Shown in pieces: positions 24,789 to 34,689 of a stretch of DNA of 60,958 nucleotides. The number at the start of each line of letters is the position of its first letter. Position 1 is the first letter of the stretch. The notes under the pieces are model-generated. The model did not search any database. It was given only the letters and a program-made list of their open reading frames with translations, and had not been told where the DNA came from. Origin of the DNA: a bacterium. GTDB taxonomy: Bacteria > Patescibacteriota > Minisyncoccia > Phycocordibacterales > UBA6899. The stretch spans positions 1 through 60,958 of the forward strand of contig JAYUQG010000028.1 in NCBI GenBank assembly GCA_043756865.1. The letters are read 5' to 3'. A program made the position numbers and the translations under genes.

Positions 24789-25514
24789 ATGAAAATTCCC
24801 ATCTTGCTCGAGCATTTAGGGCTTTCGAAAAACGCTGCGCGAGCGTACCTCGCACTTATTGATAGTGGACCTGAAACTATTGCACGCATCGCGATGCACT
24901 CAGGCGTCCCGAGGCCGCTTGTATACAAGATACTCCCCGAGCTTCTCGACAAAGGACTGATCATGAAAGCTCCACGAGGAAAACGCACTTACTACAGTGC
25001 GGCATCTCCATCCAAACTTTCCGAACTACACCACACACTAGCTGCCACGCTGGAATCCCAGCTTCCCGGACTAGAGCAACGCTACCTGTCATCTGGAGAG
25101 CGTCCACGTGTCACGTACCACGAAGGACGTGCAGGAATAATCGCAGTTTATGAAGATATCATTGAGTCACTTCCTAAGGGAGGGGTGTTCTATCGATACA
25201 GCTCAGGTAACCTTGAAAAAAAACACGAACATTACGTACCTAAAGACTACCGCGCAAAGCGAGACGCCAAGAAACTCGAACGCTACGTGATCACCAACAA
25301 GCAGACTGCGGCAAAAAAATCATCACGCCTTGAGCGCGCAGTAAAGATAATCCCCGAAGGATCGAATCTGTTTGCATACAACATCACCCAACTCATTTAT
25401 GGCCATAAAGTTGCGTTCGTTGACTACAATACCGAATCGGCGATTGTCATCGAGAATCCGATAATCGCAGAATTTCAGCAGCGCTTATTTAAATTGCTAT
25501 ATCAGCGACTTTAG
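24789..25514 (+). CDS. TrmB-family HTH transcriptional regulator
   Basis: The N-terminus LGLSKNAARAYLALIDSGPETIARIAMHSGVPRPLVYKILPELLDKGLI is a typical TrmB winged helix. Confidence 0.75.
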   Translation: MKIPILLEHLGLSKNAARAYLALIDSGPETIARIAMHSGVPRPLVYKILPELLDKGLIMKAPRGKRTYYSAASPSKLSELHHTLAATLESQLPGLEQRYLSSGERPRVTYHEGRAGIIAVYEDIIESLPKGGVFYRYSSGNLEKKHEHYVPKDYRAKRDAKKLERYVITNKQTAAKKSSRLERAVKIIPEGSNLFAYNITQLIYGHKVAFVDYNTESAIVIENPIIAEFQQRLFKLLYQRL

Positions 25515-25963
25515 AGCGCTTTTTCTGGAAGTGAGGTCAGGTAGTTTGGTTCAACCTTCTTCACTCGTGCGTCTTTCGCAAACGCAGCTTGTGCTTTGCG
25601 TAGTCCGGTGCCATCACCCGGATCTTTTACTTGCACCAAAAACAGTGGAACCGCAGTAAAGCGTTGCAACATTTTACCCGAAACAGCCGCGATAGCCTGA
25701 AGTGCGTCTGCCTCAGTAACGGTGCTTTCGAACTCGACGATAAGCTGATTGGAAATGTATTCGCGGCCTGAGCTTTCTTCTTTGATGATTACACCAACAG
25801 ATTCGGGGTCAGTAAGAGCAGCAACCTCTGGAGGAAGCGCGGCGGAAACGTTTGCATTCATATTTGGCCCGGCTACATCTTTGCGTAACAAATAAAACCC
25901 TGCAACAAGCACAAGTACAACAATAAGGATCGTGAAACGGTTTTTATTGCTCATGGTATTCAT
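25511..25963 (-). CDS. membrane-anchored protein with a subtilase-propeptide / inhibitor-I9-like domain
   Basis: N-terminal TM helix, then NQLIVEFESTVTEADA...FTAVPLFLVQV...VKKVEPNY. No protease domain follows. Confidence 0.55.
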   Translation of the reverse strand: MNTMSNKNRFTILIVVLVLVAGFYLLRKDVAGPNMNANVSAALPPEVAALTDPESVGVIIKEESSGREYISNQLIVEFESTVTEADALQAIAAVSGKMLQRFTAVPLFLVQVKDPGDGTGLRKAQAAFAKDARVKKVEPNYLTSLPEKAL

Positions 25964-26005
25964 GCTTGTATCATAACCCTACTTATTAGACGGGACAATA
26001 CGGAT

Positions 26006-27055
26006 ATGGTTACATCAACACAGATTTCTCAACAGGAAAAAGTGATGACCAAATCTGCTGTTCTTCGTATTAACCACGGGCGAATCAAGAAGTTTGCAGC
26101 ACATGCGCAAACTGCACCAATTGAGAAACCGCTCAATTTTCACAGTGTTTTGATCCCAGACGGCGCTGCGCTCACTCTTGGTGACACATATCCCCCTCTC
26201 AACGCTCATTGGGTTATTGACTTTTTCTTCGTCGCCGTAGCACATCAGTTTGGGTTTTGGCACGGAGAAACGAGCTACGCAGGGCCGCTCTACGGGACAC
26301 TCTACGGCAAAAAACTGAAGGGCTCAGATTTGCTGTGGAAACTCTTTCTTAGGGGCTTTATGCAGGACCCGACTGACCTTATCGGAGGAGCGCTCGCACG
26401 CATGACCAAAGAACGTTGGTCTACTCTTATGTCCGACGACAATGGTGTCATTCCATTACTAGTCACTGATGAGCGACTTGCCATCACCCAAGGACTGGGA
26501 ACAAGCCTGCTGCGACATGGCTCGCCACTCAATACCGCAACGGGGTGGATTCGCCACCACCGTGACCTGCAGGAGCCGGCCAAAAGGATACTTGAGAATC
26601 TCACCCATCCGCAGTTTGGAACAATCGGGTATCGCGAAGACCCACTACAGAAGAAGGCGTTACTGCTCTTGATGGCGCTCACTAATCGCCCCGAACAGCT
26701 GCTCACACCTGAGCGGAACTTCAACTGGAATCCGATTGTCGACTACCATGTGATGCGCATCATGCTGCGGAGTGGTCTTGTCACGCTACCTCGAGCATGG
26801 AGAGATGAGAACGCGGCACGAAAATTTACGACGGACGAACGAGAGACTATTATTCGTGATGCATGTTTTCAAGTAAACAAAGAAATCGTGCAGCACTCAG
26901 GACGAAGCATGGCAGAAATCGATGTGTTGCTCTGGTCTGCGAGGCGCTATTGTCCCGAGACTGAAGTTCCAAACTGTGCAACGTGTAGTCTCAACCCCGT
27001 TTGCGAAAAACGTACGGAGTTGTTTCAGCCCGTTATTCGCACAACAAGCTACTAA
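26006..27055 (+). CDS. HhH-GPD / endonuclease-III-like fold protein with a C-terminal 4Fe-4S cluster loop
   Basis: PIVDYHVMRIMLRSG (the VDTH..R equivalent) and C-x7-C-x2-C-x5-C (CPETEVPNCATCSLNPVC). The N-terminal ~200 aa are unrecognised. Confidence 0.55.
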   Translation: MVTSTQISQQEKVMTKSAVLRINHGRIKKFAAHAQTAPIEKPLNFHSVLIPDGAALTLGDTYPPLNAHWVIDFFFVAVAHQFGFWHGETSYAGPLYGTLYGKKLKGSDLLWKLFLRGFMQDPTDLIGGALARMTKERWSTLMSDDNGVIPLLVTDERLAITQGLGTSLLRHGSPLNTATGWIRHHRDLQEPAKRILENLTHPQFGTIGYREDPLQKKALLLLMALTNRPEQLLTPERNFNWNPIVDYHVMRIMLRSGLVTLPRAWRDENAARKFTTDERETIIRDACFQVNKEIVQHSGRSMAEIDVLLWSARRYCPETEVPNCATCSLNPVCEKRTELFQPVIRTTSY

Positions 27056-27060
27056 AATAA

Positions 27061-27094
27061 AATCGCGAACCTTTTGGTTCGCGATTGTTTTTTC
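27061..27094. terminator. bidirectional intrinsic terminator between convergent genes
   Basis: aatcgcgaacc-tttt-ggttcgcgatt followed by gtttttt. Confidence 0.7.
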
Positions 27095-27107
27095 TTAAAG
27101 CAACCAT

Positions 27108-27599
27108 TTAGACGGGTCGCACGTCCTGCAATACGCCAGACGTGAACCACAGCGTGATTCGGGTTGGTTTTCGCTTCACATCAGGAAAATAACATGCAAC
27201 CTCAACTTGGACGGCGTCAGGAAGCGGGGACGAATGCGATTCAATATGCGTCAAATAATTGTGCCATGTCATGACTTTTGACACGAGATCCGACACTGCA
27301 TCGGGTACACCACGCTCTAGTGTCGCCTTTTTCTCGCCCGCAAAGAATGACAACCAAACGTTTTTGCGTATTCCCTTGGGATACCAGTAGGTATCGCCGA
27401 ACCCGCCACGACCGGTGCCTATCAGGATTTTCCCATCAAAGAGCACGCGCTCATCCGCGTCATACACTTTAAGTGTGTCTCCGGGGCGCAAGAAATGGAG
27501 CCACTCACCCGAAATTTCACGGTAAAGCGCCCACGGACAGGCCTCGAAACCTGTTTCCGAGTGTGCGCAGAGTTTTCCCACCAACACTTCACTTGTCAT
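27108..27599 (-). CDS. hypothetical protein (163 aa)
   Basis: AAAGGAAG lies 5 nt upstream of ATG 27599 (MTSEVLVGKL). Confidence 0.5.
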   Translation of the reverse strand: MTSEVLVGKLCAHSETGFEACPWALYREISGEWLHFLRPGDTLKVYDADERVLFDGKILIGTGRGGFGDTYWYPKGIRKNVWLSFFAGEKKATLERGVPDAVSDLVSKVMTWHNYLTHIESHSSPLPDAVQVEVACYFPDVKRKPTRITLWFTSGVLQDVRPV

Positions 27600-27680
27600 G
27601 TAAACTTCCTTTAAATACTCTGCTTTGAGTGTATGCGCCAATGCAACATCGTCAAGGAGCTTCTATGTTAGGATAAAGCC

Positions 27681-28340
27681 ATGAAGCGTGTGCATCCCCT
27701 CATTGTAATTGTCGGACTTATTGTTGTGGGTGCGTTCTGGCAAATTGGCATGTTGCTACTTGAGCACCACCCTATCACAAACTATCCGCCAAAAGCGGGT
27801 AAGGTGCTCGCGTTCGGCGACAGTCTTGTTGTCGGAGTGGGAAACACCAACGAGGCGGGAGGGTTTGTGGGCATACTTTCACGAAGACTTGAAACTACTA
27901 TTACCTCGCGCGGCGTCAGCGGTGACACCACGACGCAGGGACTCTTGCGTATTGAGCAAGACGTACTTGCTGAACAGCCGGCGATTGTAATTATCCTCTT
28001 GGGTGGAAATGACTATTTGAAGCGGATTCCCATGGCCGACACATTTGTGAACTTACGGAAAATCATTGCACGCGTGCAGGATAGCGGTGCAACCGTGCTC
28101 CTCTTGGGAGTGCGCGGAGGCCTGATCAAAGATCGGTTTGATAGTGAATTTGCGAAACTCGCAGACGAGTCAGGCGTTATTTTTGTTCCCAATGTACTCG
28201 ATGGCGTCATTGGAAACGCTACACTCATGTCTGACCAAGTGCATCCCAATGACGCGGGGTACATGAAAATTGCGGACAAGATTGCACCAAGCCTGCTTGG
28301 GTTAATTGAAGCGCAAAGACAGCACGCCATTACTCGGTAA
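27681..28340 (+). CDS. SGNH/GDSL-family hydrolase (secreted or membrane-anchored)
   Basis: Block I GDSLVVG, block III GGNDY and block V DQVHPNDAGY. Confidence 0.85.
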   Translation: MKRVHPLIVIVGLIVVGAFWQIGMLLLEHHPITNYPPKAGKVLAFGDSLVVGVGNTNEAGGFVGILSRRLETTITSRGVSGDTTTQGLLRIEQDVLAEQPAIVIILLGGNDYLKRIPMADTFVNLRKIIARVQDSGATVLLLGVRGGLIKDRFDSEFAKLADESGVIFVPNVLDGVIGNATLMSDQVHPNDAGYMKIADKIAPSLLGLIEAQRQHAITR

Positions 28341-28851
28341 CGCTCTGTGACACAGGGATAACACGTACTTCTCCCTGCGTCGAAAAATACAACACTGTCT
28401 GGGAGTCTTCGCGCCGAAGGGTGAGAAAAAAGTTTCCGTCCGGCAGTATGAAAGAAATACGCACTACATCGCCACCCCTACCGAGGATGGTGTCCCAACC
28501 CCGTGCACGAGCATAATTCTGATAAAACGCACTTACGGCATTCATGTCGTCAGGCGAAACGTATACCCAGTTGGCACTGTCAAAAAACTTGCCACGCTCA
28601 ACGGCGTAGCGCCCATGGGGATACTCAGGAACATAAGCCATAAGTTGCAACCTGTCCTCTTGGATAATGTACCCCACAAAAAGCGCGACACATGCTGTAC
28701 AGAAAAAAAAGAATACATTAAACCAGTAGAAACCACGTTCTGGGTGTCCGGACTCTATTGTGCGCATCGACCTGTACTCATGGAAGACAAAGAATAAAAA
28801 TAAGAGGGTCAGCGCAATACTTGCAGACCAGAAAATTATTGTATCGTTCAT
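28330..28851 (-). CDS. membrane protein (hypothetical, 173 aa)
   Basis: Two N-terminal TM helices. It overlaps the upstream gene by 4 nt. Confidence 0.5.
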   Translation of the reverse strand: MNDTIIFWSASIALTLLFLFFVFHEYRSMRTIESGHPERGFYWFNVFFFFCTACVALFVGYIIQEDRLQLMAYVPEYPHGRYAVERGKFFDSANWVYVSPDDMNAVSAFYQNYARARGWDTILGRGGDVVRISFILPDGNFFLTLRREDSQTVLYFSTQGEVRVIPVSQSVTE

Positions 28852-30326
28852 ACGTCGCGTTCATATTCTATTTTCTCATCCAGTAGGTCGCGCAAATTTA
28901 AAAGGTCTTGAACTTTTTTAAGCAGCGACGGAGTTGGCTCCTCGGCCTCGCGAATGAAGGTCGCACTGCCACGCTCTATGCCATACACAAAATGATTGAC
29001 CACAAATGCACGCAACTTGTCTACGTCACCTTGGAGATCGTTTGAACTAAGTACCACAAATGCAATTTTGCGTGAGCCGAATTCGGATACGGGCAAATCA
29101 AAGAGGATCATCGCGCTACCGCCACCTTCGGCATTTTTGCGTGCTATTCCTCCGCGAAACGCTGCATCACGGGAAAGTACCCATGGATTCTTGTTTTCCC
29201 ACTGAAAACGCTCATCCCCTTGTTTGTCTGTAAGCGTACGCTCTTCGGCAAGTGTGACGCCAATCAAGAAGGGTTTGCTTTTTTCTCCATAACGGAGCAA
29301 GCGCAACAAGTCAGCGGCGGTCGTCGTAGCTTCATCGCTCGAAAGAGCGCCCCCCCATTTGCTTTCATCCATGCCAACAGCGGCACTTTTTTCGTTCATG
29401 TATTTCACAAATTGCTTTGTGCCGTGCTCGCGCGCATACGCTTTCGCGGCGGTATCATTGGTGTCGAACAATAGCGGGTAAATAAGTGTCCCCACGGGCA
29501 TTTCATCCAGGGCGCCAATGGAACTCCGACGCAGTACCGCTTCGCCCAGTAGCAGTTCGCTCATGCGTACAATCTTATACTGATTTACCGTTTCGAGGGC
29601 AGTGAGTCCCGCGAGAAAAGCGGTGAGCCCGCCCGGATGACGTGGTTCGTGCTCCGCGCGGCTCCACAGGGTGGTCTCATTATCAAGATCTGCAACAATA
29701 AATGCGCTGGCGGTAATAGCGGGCGGAGTGCCTGCTCCCCGCAAATAATAGTGTGACGATGTTGCAAATTCTCCTCGGGGTTTTGCGTTCAACACAATAA
29801 GCTTTGTCCCTCGGGGAGCAAACTCATACAGCTCACGCGCATCAGCAGTAGAAAGCCTGATGCAGCCTCCCGAATATCCAGGCGGAACATCACGTCCATC
29901 GGTATATGTCGGCCACCCATGAATGAAGAAATTTCCGTAAAACTGCATGCTATATGGCATCCACGTTCCGCCAATTGTGGAAAAATGTTTCTGCTCCTTC
30001 ACCTGAATGGCGTACTTTCCCGCCGGTGTCTCCCATGACGTACCCTCACGACCGCGCGAGAGAATTGGGACGCTCTTCACGACCGCGCCATTTTCATACA
30101 TGGTGATTTGCATCGACCCAAGATCAGCAATCAATGCCTTACCCGTTTGCGGGGTGACAGAAATAATTTGCGGCTTGTCGGTTGATGCAAATCGATACAA
30201 AAGCGCCAACTCTCGTTCACTCCCTTGTGCGGGAAGTGGAATAAAAGTGCTCGCCCCCATGGTTAGTGCGACAAGCGAAAGCCAGAGACCTGCGAACATA
30301 TATAATTTGCGTCGCATTTCGTTCAT
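28848..30326 (-). CDS. L,D-transpeptidase (YkuD) fused to a degenerate PBP5/S11-like domain
   Basis: The YkuD catalytic motif is FFIHGWP...YSGGCIRL. The C-terminal half aligns by eye to D-Ala-D-Ala carboxypeptidases, but SxxK reads GGLTAF. ATG 30326 overlaps the upstream stop (ATGA). Confidence 0.8.
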   Translation of the reverse strand: MNEMRRKLYMFAGLWLSLVALTMGASTFIPLPAQGSERELALLYRFASTDKPQIISVTPQTGKALIADLGSMQITMYENGAVVKSVPILSRGREGTSWETPAGKYAIQVKEQKHFSTIGGTWMPYSMQFYGNFFIHGWPTYTDGRDVPPGYSGGCIRLSTADARELYEFAPRGTKLIVLNAKPRGEFATSSHYYLRGAGTPPAITASAFIVADLDNETTLWSRAEHEPRHPGGLTAFLAGLTALETVNQYKIVRMSELLLGEAVLRRSSIGALDEMPVGTLIYPLLFDTNDTAAKAYAREHGTKQFVKYMNEKSAAVGMDESKWGGALSSDEATTTAADLLRLLRYGEKSKPFLIGVTLAEERTLTDKQGDERFQWENKNPWVLSRDAAFRGGIARKNAEGGGSAMILFDLPVSEFGSRKIAFVVLSSNDLQGDVDKLRAFVVNHFVYGIERGSATFIREAEEPTPSLLKKVQDLLNLRDLLDEKIEYERDV

Positions 30327-30961
30327 GCGCGAAGTGTAGCTAATGTGTGTCGAATACGCGCATAGCCGGTATTCCAAAAGAAATAACTTGTTGCAACAAC
30401 TGCACCCAGCGTGTCCGCAAGCATGTCTTTTTGTGCATCCCAGATGTCACCCTGACTTCCAAGGTAGGCCGCACCCGCGGCAGCGTCTGCATTTGCAGCG
30501 TATATCCACTCGATAAGTTCGTAACTCATCGCCACGGTCGCAATTGCGAGTATGGGGTATGTCACTAGCACAAGATGGTGTCGGATGATGCGCCTCTCCC
30601 ATAACAGCTCCACAATGGGGTACGCATAAAAGCCGACTGAAAAATGCGCAATGCGGTCAAAGTGATTGCGAGCGAATCCAAAAAAATCAGTGACGTAATC
30701 AAATGGAACACGTTCAAACGTATAATGTCCGCCGATGGTATGGAGATAAATAAGCACAGACATCAGCACATACGCGGTGTGAGAAAATTTAACCCCACGT
30801 TGATACAGCATAACCAGTACACCGACGATCAGTACAATCGTCAGATTTTCTACAAACCATGTTGCGCGGTCGTAGGGCTCAAATGCGAGTACGGCAAACA
30901 GCAGCAAGTACGCAATAAGAAGGAAGTGAGGAAAGCGCTCTGACATATGGCTCATGGGCAC
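30323..30961 (-). CDS. DUF2238 / YjdF-like inner membrane protein
   Basis: Multi-pass membrane protein with HTIGGHYTFERVPF and RNHFDRIAHFSVGF, which resemble YjdF. Confidence 0.6.
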   Translation of the reverse strand: MPMSHMSERFPHFLLIAYLLLFAVLAFEPYDRATWFVENLTIVLIVGVLVMLYQRGVKFSHTAYVLMSVLIYLHTIGGHYTFERVPFDYVTDFFGFARNHFDRIAHFSVGFYAYPIVELLWERRIIRHHLVLVTYPILAIATVAMSYELIEWIYAANADAAAGAAYLGSQGDIWDAQKDMLADTLGAVVATSYFFWNTGYARIRHTLATLRA

Positions 30962-31004
30962 ATTATAGCAAAGGTATGGCTCTTCTTGTATCGTGGCACC
31001 TCTT

Positions 31005-31583
31005 TTATTTCACCACACCACTTTTTCCCTGTCTCCTGCGATACCACCCAATTCCCTGTATCACGGCCACGAAACCAAGCACCAAAAGGACAATAATTCC
31101 TTCAAATTTTTTTACATTACCAAGAAAATGCTCTATTGCGCCACCAAAGACATAGCCACCAAAGGTAAAGAGGATTGCCCATACAATTGCACCCATTAAG
31201 TTGAGTACAAAAAACCGTACTCCGGAAACACGACCTGCACCAAGGATAATGGGTATCATCATTCGAAATCCGTACATAAAACGCGAACCGAATATCAGCC
31301 ATGATTGATACCGCTCAAACCGTACGTGTACTGCTTCCACTCGAGTATTCCACTCGGGATGTTTCGCCAAAATGTCTCTGCCTTTCATCCGTCCCAAATA
31401 GAAAAAAAACTGGTCGCCGATAACTGCGCCACACACCGCAACGGGAATAAGCAACTCGAGCTTGAGATGGCCTTGGTATGCGGCGAAACCCGCAAGTGCG
31501 ACAACAGTCTCTCCTTCAAGGAATGTGCCAACAAACACAATGACATAACCGTAGTTTATGATGAGGTCAATCAGAAAATCCAT
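31005..31583 (-). CDS. DedA-family membrane protein
   Basis: FLEGETVVALAGFAA...GDQFFFYLGRMKG is the DedA/SNARE-associated signature. Confidence 0.85.
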   Translation of the reverse strand: MDFLIDLIINYGYVIVFVGTFLEGETVVALAGFAAYQGHLKLELLIPVAVCGAVIGDQFFFYLGRMKGRDILAKHPEWNTRVEAVHVRFERYQSWLIFGSRFMYGFRMMIPIILGAGRVSGVRFFVLNLMGAIVWAILFTFGGYVFGGAIEHFLGNVKKFEGIIVLLVLGFVAVIQGIGWYRRRQGKSGVVK

Positions 31584-31637
31584 TGCGACAGTATAGCATG
31601 GGCAGAAATTTCAAGTTGAGTGCGACCCGAGGAAGCG

Positions 31638-32021
31638 TTACCGCTTTAGGAGATCGCGGATTTCTATGAGCAACTTGATATCCTCAGGTACGGGCTGGGG
31701 TTCCGCAGCTTTTTCTGCTTCTTCTTTTTTATTCAGTGTATTCTTTGCTTTCACGATCATGAAGAGCGCGAAGGCCACAATAAAAAACACAAAGCTTGCT
31801 TGAATAAATTTGCCGTACGGTACAATTGCATTTCCTACTTTATAGGTAAGCACGGAAAAATCGAGCCCGCCCGTAATGATGCCAACAATCGGCATAATAA
31901 TATCGCCCACGAGCGAGCTGACAATTGCACCAAATGCGGCACCGATTGCAACACCCACTGCGAGGTCAACAACATTTCCCCGCATCGCAAACAATTTGAA
32001 TTCATGCAGCATGGTGAGCAA
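31638..32021 (-). CDS. mscL: large-conductance mechanosensitive channel
   Basis: [25 protein letters not shown] is the canonical MscL TM1. The start may be ATG 32012. Confidence 0.92.
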   Translation of the reverse strand: MLTMLHEFKLFAMRGNVVDLAVGVAIGAAFGAIVSSLVGDIIMPIVGIITGGLDFSVLTYKVGNAIVPYGKFIQASFVFFIVAFALFMIVKAKNTLNKKEEAEKAAEPQPVPEDIKLLIEIRDLLKR

Positions 32022-32087
32022 TTAGCATTATCATGACGTGATTCTAGCATGCACCAATAAAAAGAAAACTGCCCCAAGTGGAGCAGG

Positions 32088-33194
32088 TTAACGGTGATTG
32101 CGGAAACGCAACATTTTGAGAAGCATGTGTTTCATGTCCCAAATCATGCCAAAGGCGCGCGAAATCGCATACCAGCCGAATTTGAGTAAGTCCTCAGGAG
32201 TCAGAAATCCATCATCTGTGAATACCGGTTCGGGCTTTGCGGTTTTGAGCCAGCCGTTGAGGGTTGTAACAACATCCAAAATACACTGGGGTGATTCTGC
32301 AAGGATGTTGTGACCCACACCGGCGTATTGATAGAAGGCGCGCTTTCTGTCGAGCGTAGTCACTTGACGGAAACCACCCTGACGCTTCACCTTGATGCAC
32401 GCATCGAGATCTTCGCCGACGATACGCTTCCATGCATCATATGCCGCATGCACGGGAGCAATTTCGTCTTGGATTCCATGCATAAACGCAATATGCTCCA
32501 CGTCGCGCAGTCGCTCAATGAAACCTGTTGCGGTTGCTGCAATTGTCGCGTTGTAGATTTCTACACTGGTGAGAAGCGTGTAGGGACCGGTAAAGTAATG
32601 CGGGTCGTCCAGCGATTCTTCCTTAGCACACGAAACGGGATAGTTGGGGGCAATACGTTTGAGGAACCCACGTACCGGCCGAATGTACGGCATCCACCGG
32701 CGCAATTCGACACTCGCATTGTGGTCCACCTTGAGTGGTATAGAGAGGAACACAGCGCCGGCAATACCCTTACGAAGCAGTGGCTTTAGTTGCAGCAAGC
32801 GTGCGGTTGAGAGTGCCCCTGCTGAGTAAGAAATAACAAAGGTCGGATGTTTGCCGCGTGTTCGCGACAAGAGCACACGATAACAGAGCACCCGCGCCAC
32901 GTCGATCCATTCCCAGAAGGACTGCACACTTCCACGTTTTGCGTCCCCTTCAGTGTGTGCACCGTGGTGGGGAAAATTGCATGCGAGGACATTGTACCCC
33001 GCACTGTGGAGCGCGACGACAAGCGCCGCAAATGATGGCGAATCCATATGCTCACGCATACCGTGGAGCACAATGGCATTCCCTTTCACACGATCTGTTT
33101 GTACGCGACGGTCAATCCAATCGATTTTTCCGAGGAGGTCGCGCAATCGGGAAAAGATTACGCGACGCATTGCCTGCAAGGTCGGTTTTTCCAT
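32088..33194 (-). CDS. alpha/beta-fold hydrolase (lysophospholipase-like)
   Basis: VLHGMREH and the nucleophile-elbow-like ISYSAGA. AGGAG lies 6 nt upstream of ATG 33194. Confidence 0.65.
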   Translation of the reverse strand: MEKPTLQAMRRVIFSRLRDLLGKIDWIDRRVQTDRVKGNAIVLHGMREHMDSPSFAALVVALHSAGYNVLACNFPHHGAHTEGDAKRGSVQSFWEWIDVARVLCYRVLLSRTRGKHPTFVISYSAGALSTARLLQLKPLLRKGIAGAVFLSIPLKVDHNASVELRRWMPYIRPVRGFLKRIAPNYPVSCAKEESLDDPHYFTGPYTLLTSVEIYNATIAATATGFIERLRDVEHIAFMHGIQDEIAPVHAAYDAWKRIVGEDLDACIKVKRQGGFRQVTTLDRKRAFYQYAGVGHNILAESPQCILDVVTTLNGWLKTAKPEPVFTDDGFLTPEDLLKFGWYAISRAFGMIWDMKHMLLKMLRFRNHR

Positions 33195-33410
33195 GACGAA
33201 CTCCTGTAAAACAACTTCTCTCTTTAGCCTAGTACCCTTCGCACTTATTTTCAAGGGAAATTCACCTCATTAACATTTCATCTTAGTTTTCGAGCGAATG
33301 CAGTATAGTAGCGTGAAAAACAGCAACCCAACACTTTGTTTTCACCCACTTGCTAAAGTTTTTCCGGATGCTAGGGTGCAAGGAGAAGTAGTCACATAGA
33401 GGCACATAAG

Positions 33411-33959
33411 ATGGAGATTGCGTTGTTCGTCGCATTTGCAGCATTATTTGGGGCTATGCTTTTCCGTGTTGTCCTTTCACTTTTCGACAAACATGTTGAG
33501 TATGACTTGGTCGAGCGTATCGCCCACGCCATCAAGCGCGCGTCTACAAACGGCACACTCACTCCTTCGACTGCCGTGAGCGGTGCACCACTGCGACAAG
33601 TAGCGATTGTCGCATACGACCTGTCCGCCGTATGTGGATGGCCAGTAGAGTGGCCGCCGGAAATGGGCGGCAACCTCCCGCTGTTGCGCATGTTTACGGG
33701 TACCTTTGGCCCGTCACAGTGTGCGGGATACTGCAAAGGCACATTCACAATTTCTCACGGCATAGGCTCCAACCCGGGACGACCCGTCGAACACATGATT
33801 TGCTACGACATCGACGGCACCACTGTGACAGGAGTCGCCTTCGCATTCCAGGGCACCATGACCATACATAGTGTTGACCTCGAGCCTCATGTGGGTGCAC
33901 TCTCATCGGTTATCGATGTGTGCGCCGCGCACCTCAACAACACAACAAACCCCGCTTAG
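33411..33959 (+). CDS. membrane-anchored hypothetical protein (182 aa)
   Basis: N-terminal TM helix. No motif recognised. Confidence 0.45.
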   Translation: MEIALFVAFAALFGAMLFRVVLSLFDKHVEYDLVERIAHAIKRASTNGTLTPSTAVSGAPLRQVAIVAYDLSAVCGWPVEWPPEMGGNLPLLRMFTGTFGPSQCAGYCKGTFTISHGIGSNPGRPVEHMICYDIDGTTVTGVAFAFQGTMTIHSVDLEPHVGALSSVIDVCAAHLNNTTNPA

Positions 33960-34037
33960 GACTCGTCCACCAATAACTGCATAGTTATTGGTGATGACGA
34001 CCCTTTGTGCCACGTCCATTTTTATAGCAACTTATAA

Positions 34038-34601
34038 ATGGACGAGGCCTTAATTGCGGGGTTCTTTTCTTTTAGCATCGACGTGATAGCGTACAGAGAG
34101 AGCACACAGGGAGTCGCCGTGAACGACCTAGGGAATATCGTCTTTGTACTTGCGGTCATATGGGTCATCTACTACGGCGGCAACAACATGCTTCGAGTAA
34201 GTGATCTGATAGCGCAACTTGAAAGCACACTCGTTGAACTGGCGCGCGACGAATACACCGTCACCTACGACACACAGAATGGTATGGAGACCATCGAACT
34301 GACAAACCCTACCTCCCGAATTCAGTACTCCTGCTCAGGCAATAAAGAAGGGCTTGTAATCAGCCTATTCTTCAATGACAAGGAAAAAAGTGGCGCGAAC
34401 AAAACACAAGTCACAAGGCACAAAGCAGAGCGAAGAAGTACAACACAAATCACATATGGGCGCGAGAACCGGCTCATGGGACGCCTCCTCTATTTCCAGC
34501 AAGGGGTTTCGCGACTTCCCCGCGTACACCAAAGCATGGACCGCATGATTGCGACCATCTTTGCATACCAAGCCAAGACTCAGACCAAAACGCCCCAATA
34601 G
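34038..34601 (+). CDS. hypothetical protein (187 aa)
   Basis: ORF with one TM-like segment. No RBS seen. Confidence 0.35.
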   Translation: MDEALIAGFFSFSIDVIAYRESTQGVAVNDLGNIVFVLAVIWVIYYGGNNMLRVSDLIAQLESTLVELARDEYTVTYDTQNGMETIELTNPTSRIQYSCSGNKEGLVISLFFNDKEKSGANKTQVTRHKAERRSTTQITYGRENRLMGRLLYFQQGVSRLPRVHQSMDRMIATIFAYQAKTQTKTPQ

Positions 34602-34689
34602 TACGGGCGTTTTTCTTTTTCTACAGAAACTTGACCCGTGCCCGTATTATCGTAAGCTAAGCTCAGTTGCACATTTCCATGAGGTCACC

